Below, piece by piece: positions 45,899 to 54,186 of a stretch of 64,000 nucleotides of DNA. Source of the stretch: Candidatus Saccharimonadota bacterium (GTDB lineage Bacteria > Patescibacteriota > Saccharimonadia > Saccharimonadales > JACOTW01); the NCBI GenBank assembly GCA_016178135.1, contig JACOTW010000004.1, forward strand, positions 2,681 through 66,680. The letters run 5' to 3'. Positions within the stretch are counted from its first letter, which is position 1. Every line of letters starts with the position of its first letter. A model generated the notes under the pieces. That model made no database searches. It was given only the letters and a program-made list of their open reading frames with translations, and was not told where the DNA came from. A program made the position numbers and the translations under genes.

Positions 45899-48547
45899 TT
45901 ATCCCTGGGAACCAGTATAGCCCCTTGGCGGAATAATGATACCACTACCGTTGCCGCCACTACCGCCGCCACCATTAGGGGGTTGTGTGGGTGGATGTAC
46001 TGTTTCATAAAAGCGTATAGCGGCATCTCGCACTTCAACAGGGGCATTACTGACGCCACCGTAACCCGATACTTGTGGTTCTGTTCCTTCGCCTGATCCA
46101 GGAATAATTTGTGGTCTACCTTGGGCTTGATTGGGATTAAGTGAACCAGCAATGCTTTTAAGTCTATTTTGTGTATCTCGTAATTGCCCAACTGACCGCC
46201 CATTAAAATCACCACCCTGAACTATCGCATCGTCGCTTACGTTAGCATCATAGTTTGCAAGCGTTGCAGAAACCCTCGTGTAACCGTCAGACATCGCATT
46301 ATATGTAGAAACATCTTGTTTGCTCATACCATAAGTATCAATGTTGTGGGAAACTTCCTTGGTCATGCCTACCACATCTGTTTTCCAGCCCCAGTTTCCG
46401 TTACTATCTGACTTAAAAGCACTGTACTTAGAATAAAGTGACTGGCCCTGATGTCTGAAGCCAACACCTTTCATCATGCCAGTACCTTCTTGGTTGGTAA
46501 ATCCGTGCTCGGCAATAATGTCACCGTACTGACTTTCGATCCTTCGCATCTGCGTGGGCTCAAATCCAGTTTTCTTCCACTCATAATAAAGAGCATCTTG
46601 GGCGGCGGACGTATCTCCACCATACAAGCTCATTGATTTGGCGTGTGCCATTTTACCCGTCTTATAATCGCCGTAAATCGATGATGCACCAGCAACCGCA
46701 TGACCGTTCTCCATATCCATTCTTCGATACCAGCCTGCTTCATTACCCGAAGAGCCATCATCCCAAGCTATAAACAAATCACGAATATTGCTATCATCGC
46801 CTGTGGCAATTTGAGATTGAAGCATCTCCGAACGTTGTTTGTTGAACCCAGAACGACGTGCTTGGAGGTTGCCATAATTCATACCTCTTGCAATCAGTCT
46901 TTCCCGACGAGACGCGCCGTTGGCTAGCCCTGCTGCAACGCCACGTTCACGTTGCCGAGTTGTTTTATCTGCTACATTGTACTTAGTACGGTTTCTTAGG
47001 CTGTTTGGATCGTTGACGTTGCCCTTAATGGCTTCGGAACCTCGGTTGCCAAATCCACTAATGGTCGTATAAAGACTGCCGATTGCCCCGCCGGCGAATT
47101 TGAAAGCAAAAGGAATCAACACGAGGGGCAGGAATTGTAGTACAAACGCTATTAGGGCGGCCAAGATGCTTGAAAAACTTTGGGCGGTTTGCTGGAGTAA
47201 AGGCTCGTTATTAGTAACCCCGTTAGCTTTCATGATAGTTACGGTCATGATGTCGGCTATCGCGAAAATGCCGATTACTATTGGATAAACCAGGAGCGAT
47301 TTAAATAATAACTCCCACCATTTTTTAAAGTATTTTTCAGTATTAGGCAAACAATACAATGCAAATGCCACGGGGCTGATGAGCACTAGGAACAATATCA
47401 AGCCGTTTCTAATGACTAGAGTTACAAACGCACCAATCAACCCAAGAACGGCAGGTAGCAATACAAACAAACCCACAAAGGATGCCGCCGCCCCTAAAGC
47501 TCCGGTTGAAAATAAAATACCACTTGCACCACCCAAATATGCCGCTATCAGTCCCGTCCCCGCCCCTCCTGCTATCCCAGCTATTTGAATACCACTTGGG
47601 CTGAATTTGAATTGGGCCGATTCTTTTATTGGCGCTATCATGAGCTGCCCCAGTCCACCCCCAATAACGTTGGTTATATCAACCAAAAGGGCAACAATAT
47701 AAACTGACAGATTGATCAAAATAGCCGCGGCTAGCAATCTGGGCATCATTTTTTTGACAGTGTAGGCATCAATTAGCCCGCCTCCGATAGCCTGCCCAAA
47801 AACCAGTACCAACAACGCTATGATCAATAGAATATTGCCGTAAATGCGAAAACTGGACCATATCTTGTACGAATCATTATTAGGATCCGTACTGATGGGT
47901 GGCGTTTTGAGCATTGGCTCTACAAGGTTACTGAACAGCCAATCCGAAAAGTCCGCAACTCCGTTAAAAACAGGACATAAAATCCAGTTCAACGTAGCAC
48001 CCGATGCTTCACAGGTCGCATTACTATCACCATTTTGATCACTACTTGCGGTACCGGCGGTAGTTGTGGGCAAGAATCCAACTGTTGCCTCGCCTGAATC
48101 CAGGTAATCCACCAGTGCACGGCTAAGCTCATTTGTGCAATCGCCAGGAGGAGTAAATTTACCGGATGTTATAGGGGTAGGCGTAGGATTAGCAGTAGCT
48201 AATGTTAACCAAGGAATAGAATTATAGGCTACGTCATTTATAACAAAACCTATACCGCGCTCACCCTTACATTTACTATTGGCCTGAGGAAAGGTCATAA
48301 CACCTTCAAAGTTTACGTCTCCCTTTTGTTGGGCCTCCGCCGGCGTTAGGCTCTTATCCTGAAGTACATTACCCTTAAAATTTGTAATTTGTCCGGTTCC
48401 AGTATTAGTTGCCTGGATCGTTAGATTATCTACCCAATGAAAAATCCAAGTTTTATTGGATATATGTGTCGCCGATACTTTAATTGGTATAAAAACAGAA
48501 AGAGCGAGTATAAACAACAGTGTCAGGACCGAAATTTTTTTCATCAA
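45899..48547 (-). CDS. VirB6/TrbL-like polytopic T4SS channel protein
   Basis: 882 aa with a signal peptide, an extracytoplasmic N-domain, about 8 TM segments (residues ~230-500), a soluble C-domain and a Gly-rich tail. Confidence 0.6.
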   Translation of the reverse strand: MMKKISVLTLLFILALSVFIPIKVSATHISNKTWIFHWVDNLTIQATNTGTGQITNFKGNVLQDKSLTPAEAQQKGDVNFEGVMTFPQANSKCKGERGIGFVINDVAYNSIPWLTLATANPTPTPITSGKFTPPGDCTNELSRALVDYLDSGEATVGFLPTTTAGTASSDQNGDSNATCEASGATLNWILCPVFNGVADFSDWLFSNLVEPMLKTPPISTDPNNDSYKIWSSFRIYGNILLIIALLVLVFGQAIGGGLIDAYTVKKMMPRLLAAAILINLSVYIVALLVDITNVIGGGLGQLMIAPIKESAQFKFSPSGIQIAGIAGGAGTGLIAAYLGGASGILFSTGALGAAASFVGLFVLLPAVLGLIGAFVTLVIRNGLILFLVLISPVAFALYCLPNTEKYFKKWWELLFKSLLVYPIVIGIFAIADIMTVTIMKANGVTNNEPLLQQTAQSFSSILAALIAFVLQFLPLVLIPFAFKFAGGAIGSLYTTISGFGNRGSEAIKGNVNDPNSLRNRTKYNVADKTTRQRERGVAAGLANGASRRERLIARGMNYGNLQARRSGFNKQRSEMLQSQIATGDDSNIRDLFIAWDDGSSGNEAGWYRRMDMENGHAVAGASSIYGDYKTGKMAHAKSMSLYGGDTSAAQDALYYEWKKTGFEPTQMRRIESQYGDIIAEHGFTNQEGTGMMKGVGFRHQGQSLYSKYSAFKSDSNGNWGWKTDVVGMTKEVSHNIDTYGMSKQDVSTYNAMSDGYTRVSATLANYDANVSDDAIVQGGDFNGRSVGQLRDTQNRLKSIAGSLNPNQAQGRPQIIPGSGEGTEPQVSGYGGVSNAPVEVRDAAIRFYETVHPPTQPPNGGGGSGGNGSGIIIPPRGYTGSQG

Positions 48548-48673
48548 TTTCTATTGTATAAGCAGATTAAATAAATCGCTATACTGGATTTATGCAAAAT
48601 CGCTCATTCCTAGAGTAAATCGGTCATCAATGTCTAAGGTGTGCAATGCGTGTACGATAAGCTGCGCATTAGT

Positions 48674-48829
48674 TATAGTCCCCGCAAAACAAATTCGTGG
48701 GTTTTTGAAGCAATGATCTTTGAGCCAAAAACTGACTTTTCCGAGAGAGACATATCCTTAGATACGTTGAACGAGGAAAGGCGGTTTTGGGCCAAAGAGG
48801 GTGATTCGAAAATCAAAAACGAGGCTATA
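48674..48829 (+). mobile_element. Family A element, copy A7, subfamily 1, with a degenerate right TIR
   Basis: The left TIR is TATAGTCCCCGCAAAACAAATTC. The right end is reduced to AATCAAAAACGAGGCTATA. It ends 10 bp before the first pilin ATG, in a divergent promoter region. Confidence 0.75.
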
Positions 48830-48839
48830 GTTATAGAAA

Positions 48840-49451
48840 ATGTATTATAAAAAAACTAAAACACCCCCCCGTCTTACCAAAAACATTTTTCATGTAACAA
48901 TTTTGTTCGTTGTTTTTATTATCTCTCTGCTTGCGGTGAATTATGTAAGTAGCGTGCGAGTATTTGCGGCCGCCAGGTGCTATGAAGCAGTCCCCAATAG
49001 CCAAGTTACTGACTGTAGTAATTACGAGGCTAATTTTTTCCCGGGGGGCCAGATGCCTACGGAGGGATGCTACGTTATCGAAACAGATATACAGGAGGTT
49101 TCGTGTGGTCGTTCACCTTTTTTTAATACAGGGGCTCCAGAGGCTAACGGTGATGAGTGTGGGGCACCAGGTGATGCGGTTAAGGTGTCTATAAATGTTG
49201 GTTGCCGTGGTCAAGGTAACCCCATCGTCGACATGCTGTTCGCATTTATCCGGTTCTTGTCTGCCGGTGTGGGAATAGTCGTTATAGGCTCAATCGTGGT
49301 AGCCGGCATCCAGTACACTACCTCGCAAGGCGATCCTAATGCTACGGCTAAAGCGCTTGGGCGAATCAATAGCTCGGGCATTGCCCTACTTATTTATATT
49401 TTTGCGGCGGCACTTTTGAACTTTATAATACCAGCGGGAATATTTAAATGA
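48840..49451 (+). CDS. VirB2/TrbC-like pilin paralog 1 (long N-terminal domain)
   Basis: 203 aa. The C-terminal module is GVGIVVIGSIVVAGIQYTTSQGDPNATAKALGRI plus a second TM segment. Confidence 0.6.
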   Translation: MYYKKTKTPPRLTKNIFHVTILFVVFIISLLAVNYVSSVRVFAAARCYEAVPNSQVTDCSNYEANFFPGGQMPTEGCYVIETDIQEVSCGRSPFFNTGAPEANGDECGAPGDAVKVSINVGCRGQGNPIVDMLFAFIRFLSAGVGIVVIGSIVVAGIQYTTSQGDPNATAKALGRINSSGIALLIYIFAAALLNFIIPAGIFK

Positions 49452-49807
49452 TCCAAGGTCTATTAATACGTTTTGCGGCCAGTTGTGATGGAGGTGGATT
49501 TTTTGGCCTGCCAAAATGGTACAAATATTTAGATGGTGTTCCTCAATCAAGTGGTTGTGTTCCCAAGATCAGTGGCATTAGTGATGTGTGGTTGATCGTA
49601 GCCGCGATAATAGAGATATTGTTGCGTATCGCGGCATTGGTGGCGATTGGATTTGTAGTCTGGGGTGGTATTCAGTTTATCAGTAGTCAGGGCGAGCCTG
49701 ACAAAACCAGCAAAGCGCGTAATATTATTATTAATGCCCTTGTCGGACTGGTTATTACCATTGGTGCGTCTACAGTAGTATCATTTGTAGCCGGGAGTAT
49801 TAATTAA
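49448..49807 (+). CDS. VirB2/TrbC-like pilin paralog 2
   Basis: 119 aa with the module GFVVWGGIQFISSQGEPDKTSKARNIIINALVGLVI. Confidence 0.6.
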   Translation: MIQGLLIRFAASCDGGGFFGLPKWYKYLDGVPQSSGCVPKISGISDVWLIVAAIIEILLRIAALVAIGFVVWGGIQFISSQGEPDKTSKARNIIINALVGLVITIGASTVVSFVAGSIN

Positions 49808-49809
49808 AA

Positions 49810-50136
49810 ATGGACTTTTTAACTCAAAAACTACTTTATCTGGCAGCAGCAATACCTTGCCCTGCCGACAACCCAAGCGTTGACGGTTTCGAGACAGGCT
49901 TACCTTCCACTTGTGCCGATTCGAATGCCCTTAGAAGTATTTTGCAAATTGTCTTTGGTGTTATTGCGGTTACGACGGTTATATTTATTATCATCAGTGC
50001 CATTCGCTATTCGACCAGTATTGGCAACCCTCAAGCTACCGAAAAAATCCGTAATTCCATTGTTTTCGCGGCGATTGGCCTGGCTATTGCTATGTCGGCT
50101 GAAATCATTGTAACGTTTGTATTGGGACGGGTATAA
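49810..50136 (+). CDS. VirB2/TrbC-like pilin paralog 3
   Basis: 108 aa with the module IIISAIRYSTSIGNPQATEKIRNSIVFAAIGLAI. Confidence 0.6.
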   Translation: MDFLTQKLLYLAAAIPCPADNPSVDGFETGLPSTCADSNALRSILQIVFGVIAVTTVIFIIISAIRYSTSIGNPQATEKIRNSIVFAAIGLAIAMSAEIIVTFVLGRV

Positions 50137-50137
50137 C

Positions 50138-50545
50138 ATGCGAGCGATTTTTGTGGCAATACTTTTCATCACTACTTTGCTTTTTGGATTTGGAATGGTT
50201 AACAGGACTTGGGCGGTAGACGTTACCAACCCCGCTTGCGTGGATCAAGACGGACATCCATTGCCGGCAGATAGATTACCACTTGTTTGTAGGCCTGACC
50301 CTCCAAAAAATGCGTTGTTTGGTCCTGACGGTATTCTGACAACCGCTGTAAATATTTTATCTCTAGTAGCCGGTATCGCGGCTGTATTTGTTATTATGAT
50401 AGGTGGCGTTAAAATGATTACTAGCACCGGAGATAGTAATTCGGTCAAAGAGTCTCGCAACACCGTGCTTTATGCTGTTATTAGTCTGGCCATTGTAGTA
50501 TCGGCCCAGATTATCGTAAGATTTATATTAACTAAGCTTGAATAG
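50138..50545 (+). CDS. VirB2/TrbC-like pilin paralog 4
   Basis: The ATG at 50138 gives the signal peptide MRAIFVAILFITTLLFGFGMVNRTWA. The module is VIMIGGVKMITSTGDSNSVKESRNTVLYAVISLAI. Confidence 0.65.
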   Translation: MRAIFVAILFITTLLFGFGMVNRTWAVDVTNPACVDQDGHPLPADRLPLVCRPDPPKNALFGPDGILTTAVNILSLVAGIAAVFVIMIGGVKMITSTGDSNSVKESRNTVLYAVISLAIVVSAQIIVRFILTKLE

Positions 50546-50558
50546 GCAATATCATAAA

Positions 50559-51113
50559 ATGAATCAAATTATCAAACGAATAACTGGACTGGGTGGCTTA
50601 CGCAAAACTTCCCCATCTCCAGATCAACCAATCTTGGCTGGTAGTGGCCTGTCTTCTGGCGATGTAGCTATGGCTTCTTCGGTCAAGCCACTCCCAATTC
50701 GAGCTGATTTAGCCTGGGAACGGGCGATTTTGCGTAAGTCCAGTCTACTGATAAGTTGTCTGGTGATTCTTGGAGGATTTTTCGCTTCCGCGCCACCCGC
50801 TTTTGCCCTATTTGAAAACGCCGCCAAAGAGGCCTGTAGTGGCGTGACCCTTAATGAAAACACGACTGATTGCCCGGACAGTTCAGGCAAAGTTAATAAT
50901 TTGCTTACGACAGTTATAAATATATTTTCCGTGGCTATAGGTTTTATCGCAGTAATTATGATTATTATTTCTGGACTTCGTTATGTTACTTCTGCTGGCG
51001 ACAGTAATGCCACATCCGGAGCCAAGAACACCCTGTTATATGCCGTTGTAGGCTTGGTAATAGTGGTGTTGGCGCAGGTTATTGTTCGATTTGTGCTTAG
51101 TAAGACTGGTTGA
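50559..51113 (+). CDS. VirB2/TrbC-like pilin paralog 5, with family B element B4 in frame inside the signal peptide
   Basis: The ATG at 50559 gives MNQIIKRI-[54 element-derived aa]-LISCLVILGGFFASAPPAFA. The module is MIIISGLRYVTSAGDSNATSGAKNTLLYAVVGLVI. Confidence 0.6.
   Translation: MNQIIKRITGLGGLRKTSPSPDQPILAGSGLSSGDVAMASSVKPLPIRADLAWERAILRKSSLLISCLVILGGFFASAPPAFALFENAAKEACSGVTLNENTTDCPDSSGKVNNLLTTVINIFSVAIGFIAVIMIIISGLRYVTSAGDSNATSGAKNTLLYAVVGLVIVVLAQVIVRFVLSKTG
50583..50744 (-). mobile_element. Family B element, copy B4, inside a CDS and in frame
   Basis: It runs ACTGGAC[TGGGTGGC]TTACGCAAAACTTCCCCATCTCCAGATC...GTAGCTATGGCTTC...GGGCGATTTTGCGTAAGTCCAGT. One TIR carries an 8-bp insertion. 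Confidence 0.8.
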
Positions 51114-51168
51114 AAATATTAAGGCGAGTGTGGTATAAATAAATAAGAATTCTAAGAAAGGCAATTAA

Positions 51169-51594
51169 ATGATCAAAATTATCAAAAAACTACTAATGAG
51201 CGTTTCAATGAGTGTCCTGTTCGCTGTACCGGTTTTGGCAACTCCGGCAATTGTCCATGCTGCAACAAATCTTACAAATAAAGTTAACTGTGGCGTTGAG
51301 CTCAATGTTGACCCAAATTGTGATCAAGCTCCGGATGATGCTGGATCAACCCAAGCAGTTAATGACATAGTCAAACTAGTCATTAACCTATTCTCAATAA
51401 TCGTTGGTGTTATTTCGGTTATCATGATTATTATCGGAGGTCTTAAATACATTACTTCCGGAGGCGATTCTGCCAACGTTACTGGCGCCAAAAACACCAT
51501 ACTTTATGCTGTTATCGGTTTGGTAGTCGTTGCTCTTGCTCAATTTATCGTTCGTTTCGTACTTGCCAAAGTAAGTCCAGCTACTGGTCCGTAA
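51169..51594 (+). CDS. VirB2/TrbC-like pilin paralog 6
   Basis: 141 aa with the signal peptide MIKIIKKLLMSVSMSVLFAVPVLATPAIVHA. The module is VIMIIIGGLKYITSGGDSANVTGAKNTILYAVIGLVV. Confidence 0.65.
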   Translation: MIKIIKKLLMSVSMSVLFAVPVLATPAIVHAATNLTNKVNCGVELNVDPNCDQAPDDAGSTQAVNDIVKLVINLFSIIVGVISVIMIIIGGLKYITSGGDSANVTGAKNTILYAVIGLVVVALAQFIVRFVLAKVSPATGP

Positions 51595-51603
51595 GACCCA
51601 GCC

Positions 51604-51859
51604 CGGATTTACGTAAAAAGCTCCCTTGTCCCCCAGACTGAATCGGCTCGAGCTATACTGGACCTGTCGCAAAGCTTCCCCATCCCCAGACCAAATAATC
51701 TCGGCTGGTAGCAGTCTGTCTTCTCTCGATGTAGCTATGGCTACCTCTCCTTCAGACAAAACAGTTTTCGCTCGAGATAATTCACTCTGGGAACGGACGA
51801 GTTTTCGTAAGTCCAGTCGAGCTGATTTAGCCTGGGAACGGGCGATTATCGCGTAAGTT
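51604..51859 (-). repeat. Cluster of family B sequences: partial + full copy B5 (51654-51817) + partial
   Basis: The full copy runs TATACTGGACCTGTCGCAAAGCTTCCCCATCCCCAGACC...GTAGCTATGGCTAC...GAGTTTTCGTAAGTCCAGT. It is flanked by GGATTTACGTAAAAAGCTCCCTTGTCCCCCAGAC... and CGAGCTGATTTAGCCTGGGAACGGGCGATTATCGCGTAAGTT. Confidence 0.75.
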
Positions 51860-52327
51860 CTATAAAATTTGGATCTTTTTTACGGTATCTTGTTTGACTT
51901 TTGTGAATGAAATAGTCAAAACCCCATCTTTTAGAACGGCTTCAATTTCATCTTCTTTAACTGGTACTGGCAAAGATATACTGCGAGAGAACTCGCCCCA
52001 ATAACATTCCTGAACAAAATAGTTTTCTACATCTTCTTCGTTGCCAGCGGAAAGTGTACCGCGAATGCTTAGAGTATTGTCGGCAATGCTGACATCCAGG
52101 TCGCTTTTGTTAACTCCGGCAGTTCGTGCCTTTACAACAAGCTTCTCTTTGGTTTCATACACATCAATAGCCAGCTGACCTGGTATGGCGTCTTCTTCGT
52201 CCCATTCTTCGGCCGGCATTGATGTTGCTTGGGCATCATCAGTTGCTATCGGTCCGTCATCACCAAGAAAGGCGGCCGTTAGCTCGTCTTCCATCAATAA
52301 ATCTTCGTCGTGGCCTCTTCGAGCCAT
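51860..52327 (-). CDS. Hsp20/alpha-crystallin small heat-shock protein
   Basis: The ATG at 52327 is preceded by GGAGGG. The alpha-crystallin core reads IDVYETKEKLVVKARTAGVNKSDLDVSIADNTLSIRG...AVLKDGVLTISF. The track start at 52462 is a TTG inside element A8. Confidence 0.85.
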   Translation of the reverse strand: MARRGHDEDLLMEDELTAAFLGDDGPIATDDAQATSMPAEEWDEEDAIPGQLAIDVYETKEKLVVKARTAGVNKSDLDVSIADNTLSIRGTLSAGNEEDVENYFVQECYWGEFSRSISLPVPVKEDEIEAVLKDGVLTISFTKVKQDTVKKIQIL

Positions 52328-52448
52328 AGTTGCTACCCTCCATATCGGTTTAATAGACTTTTTTGGAGATTTGTAATTTTTGTTATTCATTAGTATAACG
52401 TATCTTTTGGAATAGAAGCAAATACCTCTGGAATATTTACAACATAAA

Positions 52449-52576
52449 TATAGCCCCTGCAAAACAAATTCGGGGGTTTTGTCAGGCTCTTAGGATATGC
52501 CTCAGTCGTTTAGGCAGCTTTTGGATTACTTGGATCATCAGACTGAAAAATGCCATTTTGTTTTGGGATGGCTATA
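52449..52576. mobile_element. Family A-related element, copy A8, divergent short form (128 bp)
   Basis: Its ends are TATAGCCCCTGCAAAACAAATTCGGGGGTTTTG and TTTTGTTTTGGGATGGCTATA. It lies in the hsp20/comF divergent promoter region. A family C TIR-like stub (GCGCAAAACTCGTGTT) follows at 52578-52593. Confidence 0.65.
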
Positions 52577-52604
52577 GGCGCAAAACTCGTGTTAAATTGT
52601 ATCC

Positions 52605-53279
52605 ATGCCTTTACTGGATAGAATTCTGTCTGTTATAGCTCCGCATGCTTGTCTTGTGTGTGGGGATGAAGGGTCTTTGCTTTGCGTTTGGTGCCGACCG
52701 GATGCTTGCTCTGTCGTGCCAGAGGTGTGTTATGGTTGCCACAAACTAAGTATGGATAGCGCAGTATGTGAATCGTGTAGACACAAGAGCCCGCTAAGGC
52801 ATGTCTGGATACGCACAGACTACAAGACGACAGCTAAACAGCTTATACAGTTGTTTAAATTTGAACGAACCCAAGCCGTGGCCCCGATATTAGCAGCACT
52901 AACAGGAGAGTCGCTCCCCTATCTACCAGAAAACACACTGATTACTCATATACCTGCTGCCACAAGTCGCGTACGAGACAGAGGCTATGATCAAGCAAAA
53001 TTACTCGCCAGATATCTTGCAGGTAGTCAGGGGCTACCATACGTTACTGTGCTGGCTCGTTCAGGACAAGCGCGCCAAGTAGGCTCAAGCCGTTCGGTAC
53101 GTTTAAGACAAATAGAAGGAGTTTTTCGTCCAGTTAGAGGATATCTAATCAAAGGAGCGGAAGTTTTATTGGTTGATGACGTCATGACTACCGGAGCAAC
53201 ATTAGAGGAGGCGGCCAGAACACTCAAAAAAGCTGGCGCCAAGCGCGTCAACGCAGTAGTTTTCGCTCATAAACAATAA
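52605..53279 (+). CDS. comFC: ComF-family phosphoribosyltransferase-like protein
   Basis: 224 aa with N-terminal Cys pairs (CLVCGDEGSLLCVWC) and the PRTase motif VLLVDDVMTTGATL. Confidence 0.8.
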   Translation: MPLLDRILSVIAPHACLVCGDEGSLLCVWCRPDACSVVPEVCYGCHKLSMDSAVCESCRHKSPLRHVWIRTDYKTTAKQLIQLFKFERTQAVAPILAALTGESLPYLPENTLITHIPAATSRVRDRGYDQAKLLARYLAGSQGLPYVTVLARSGQARQVGSSRSVRLRQIEGVFRPVRGYLIKGAEVLLVDDVMTTGATLEEAARTLKKAGAKRVNAVVFAHKQ

Positions 53280-53309
53280 CAGGTCTTTAAGGGATTTTAA
53301 GCATATTCT

Positions 53310-53400
53310 TGGCGGAGGAGGCGAGATTCGAACTCGCGATACCGCATGACGATATACTGCTTTTCGAGAGCAGCGCCTTCAACCACTCGGCCACTCCTCC
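53310..53400 (-). tRNA. tRNA-Ser (anticodon CGA)
   Basis: Hand-folded. Acceptor stem GGAGGAG/CTCCTCC, anticodon stem CTGCT/AGCAG with loop CTCGAAA, a long variable arm, T-arm GCGAG-TTCGAAT-CTCGC, and an encoded CCA. Confidence 0.9.
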
Positions 53401-53416
53401 ATGCCCATTAATTCTA

Positions 53417-53533
53417 TCAGCTACAAACAGTTTTTCTTCACTCTATGTAGCTATGGCTACCTCTCCTTCAGTCAAACCACTATCAGCTCGAGATAATTCA
53501 CTTTGGGAACGGACGATTTTGTGTAAATCGAGT
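53417..53533 (-). repeat. Family B partial copy B6 (one terminus missing next to the tRNA)
   Basis: It reads ...CTCTATGTAGCTATGGCTACCTCTCCTTCAGTCAAACCACTATCAGCTCGAGATAATTCACTTTGGGAACGGACGATTTTGTGTAAATCGAGT. It abuts the GNAT stop codon. Confidence 0.7.
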
Positions 53534-53962
53534 TTATCTCTCAAACTTCAGATAACCTTCTGGTGTATAGCCAGTCTTTAAAAAGTTGTTGTTTATTAGG
53601 GTTCGTTGAGCGGCAGAATTGTCAGACGTTGTTGAGGCAGACAGTTTTCCTAAGTTGTTTACAAAGGGGTCCTTGAGAATATTGGCAACCACGTAATCAC
53701 CAATACCTTGCCGTCTTTCAGATGGCTTAACGGCAAAATCCAGATAGCCATCATTTTGTTCGTCGACATCAATAGTTACAACTGCCACGATATTATCGCC
53801 ATCAAGGGCTACCCATCCCTGAAACCTGCTTCCCAAATAACCAAAATCAAAAGAAGACAATTGGGGCACCTTAAAAAGAGTACTAGCCGCATCAGTATTA
53901 AACCATTCGCTAATTTGACTCAAATGGCTAGGTTCAAGCTTTTTAATGGTAATTGTGTCCAT
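53534..53962 (-). CDS. GNAT-family N-acetyltransferase
   Basis: The ATG at 53962 (MDTITIKKLEP...) is preferred. RRQGIGDYVVANIL is a motif-A-like segment. The track start (GTG at 54034) lies inside element C2. Confidence 0.65.
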   Translation of the reverse strand: MDTITIKKLEPSHLSQISEWFNTDAASTLFKVPQLSSFDFGYLGSRFQGWVALDGDNIVAVVTIDVDEQNDGYLDFAVKPSERRQGIGDYVVANILKDPFVNNLGKLSASTTSDNSAAQRTLINNNFLKTGYTPEGYLKFER

Positions 53963-53973
53963 ATTCTGACTAT

Positions 53974-54134
53974 ACCACGAGTTTCGCACTTTTTCATCGC
54001 TCCAGATGACACCTGACAGGCTACAGCCACTCACTCCTCACTCAACATAACAATAGCCCAAGCTTCCCTCGGATTGAACAACTGTAACCAGCCAGCTACC
54101 ACCTGGCATCAATGGCTAAGTGCGAAACTCATGT
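53974..54134 (+). mobile_element. Family C element, copy C2, 161 bp
   Basis: It is near-identical to C1: ACCACGAGTTTCGCACTTTTTCATCGCTCCAGATGACACCTGACAGGCTACAG...GGCATCAATGGCTAAGTGCGAAACTCATGT. Confidence 0.8.
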
Positions 54135-54186
54135 ACAACAGCAATTTGGTACAGCATTATTAACGAAGGTAGAACCGCAATGATAG

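Noticed and set aside
45832-46215. A 127-aa ORF overlapping the 3' end of the VirB6-like gene and the start of the PrgI-like gene. There are also many 60-110-aa antisense or alternate-frame ORFs inside long genes, such as 21010-21465, 23274-23594 and 39546-39887.
   Set aside because: They are fully nested in, or overlapping, well-supported longer ORFs. They have no motifs and no independent signals.
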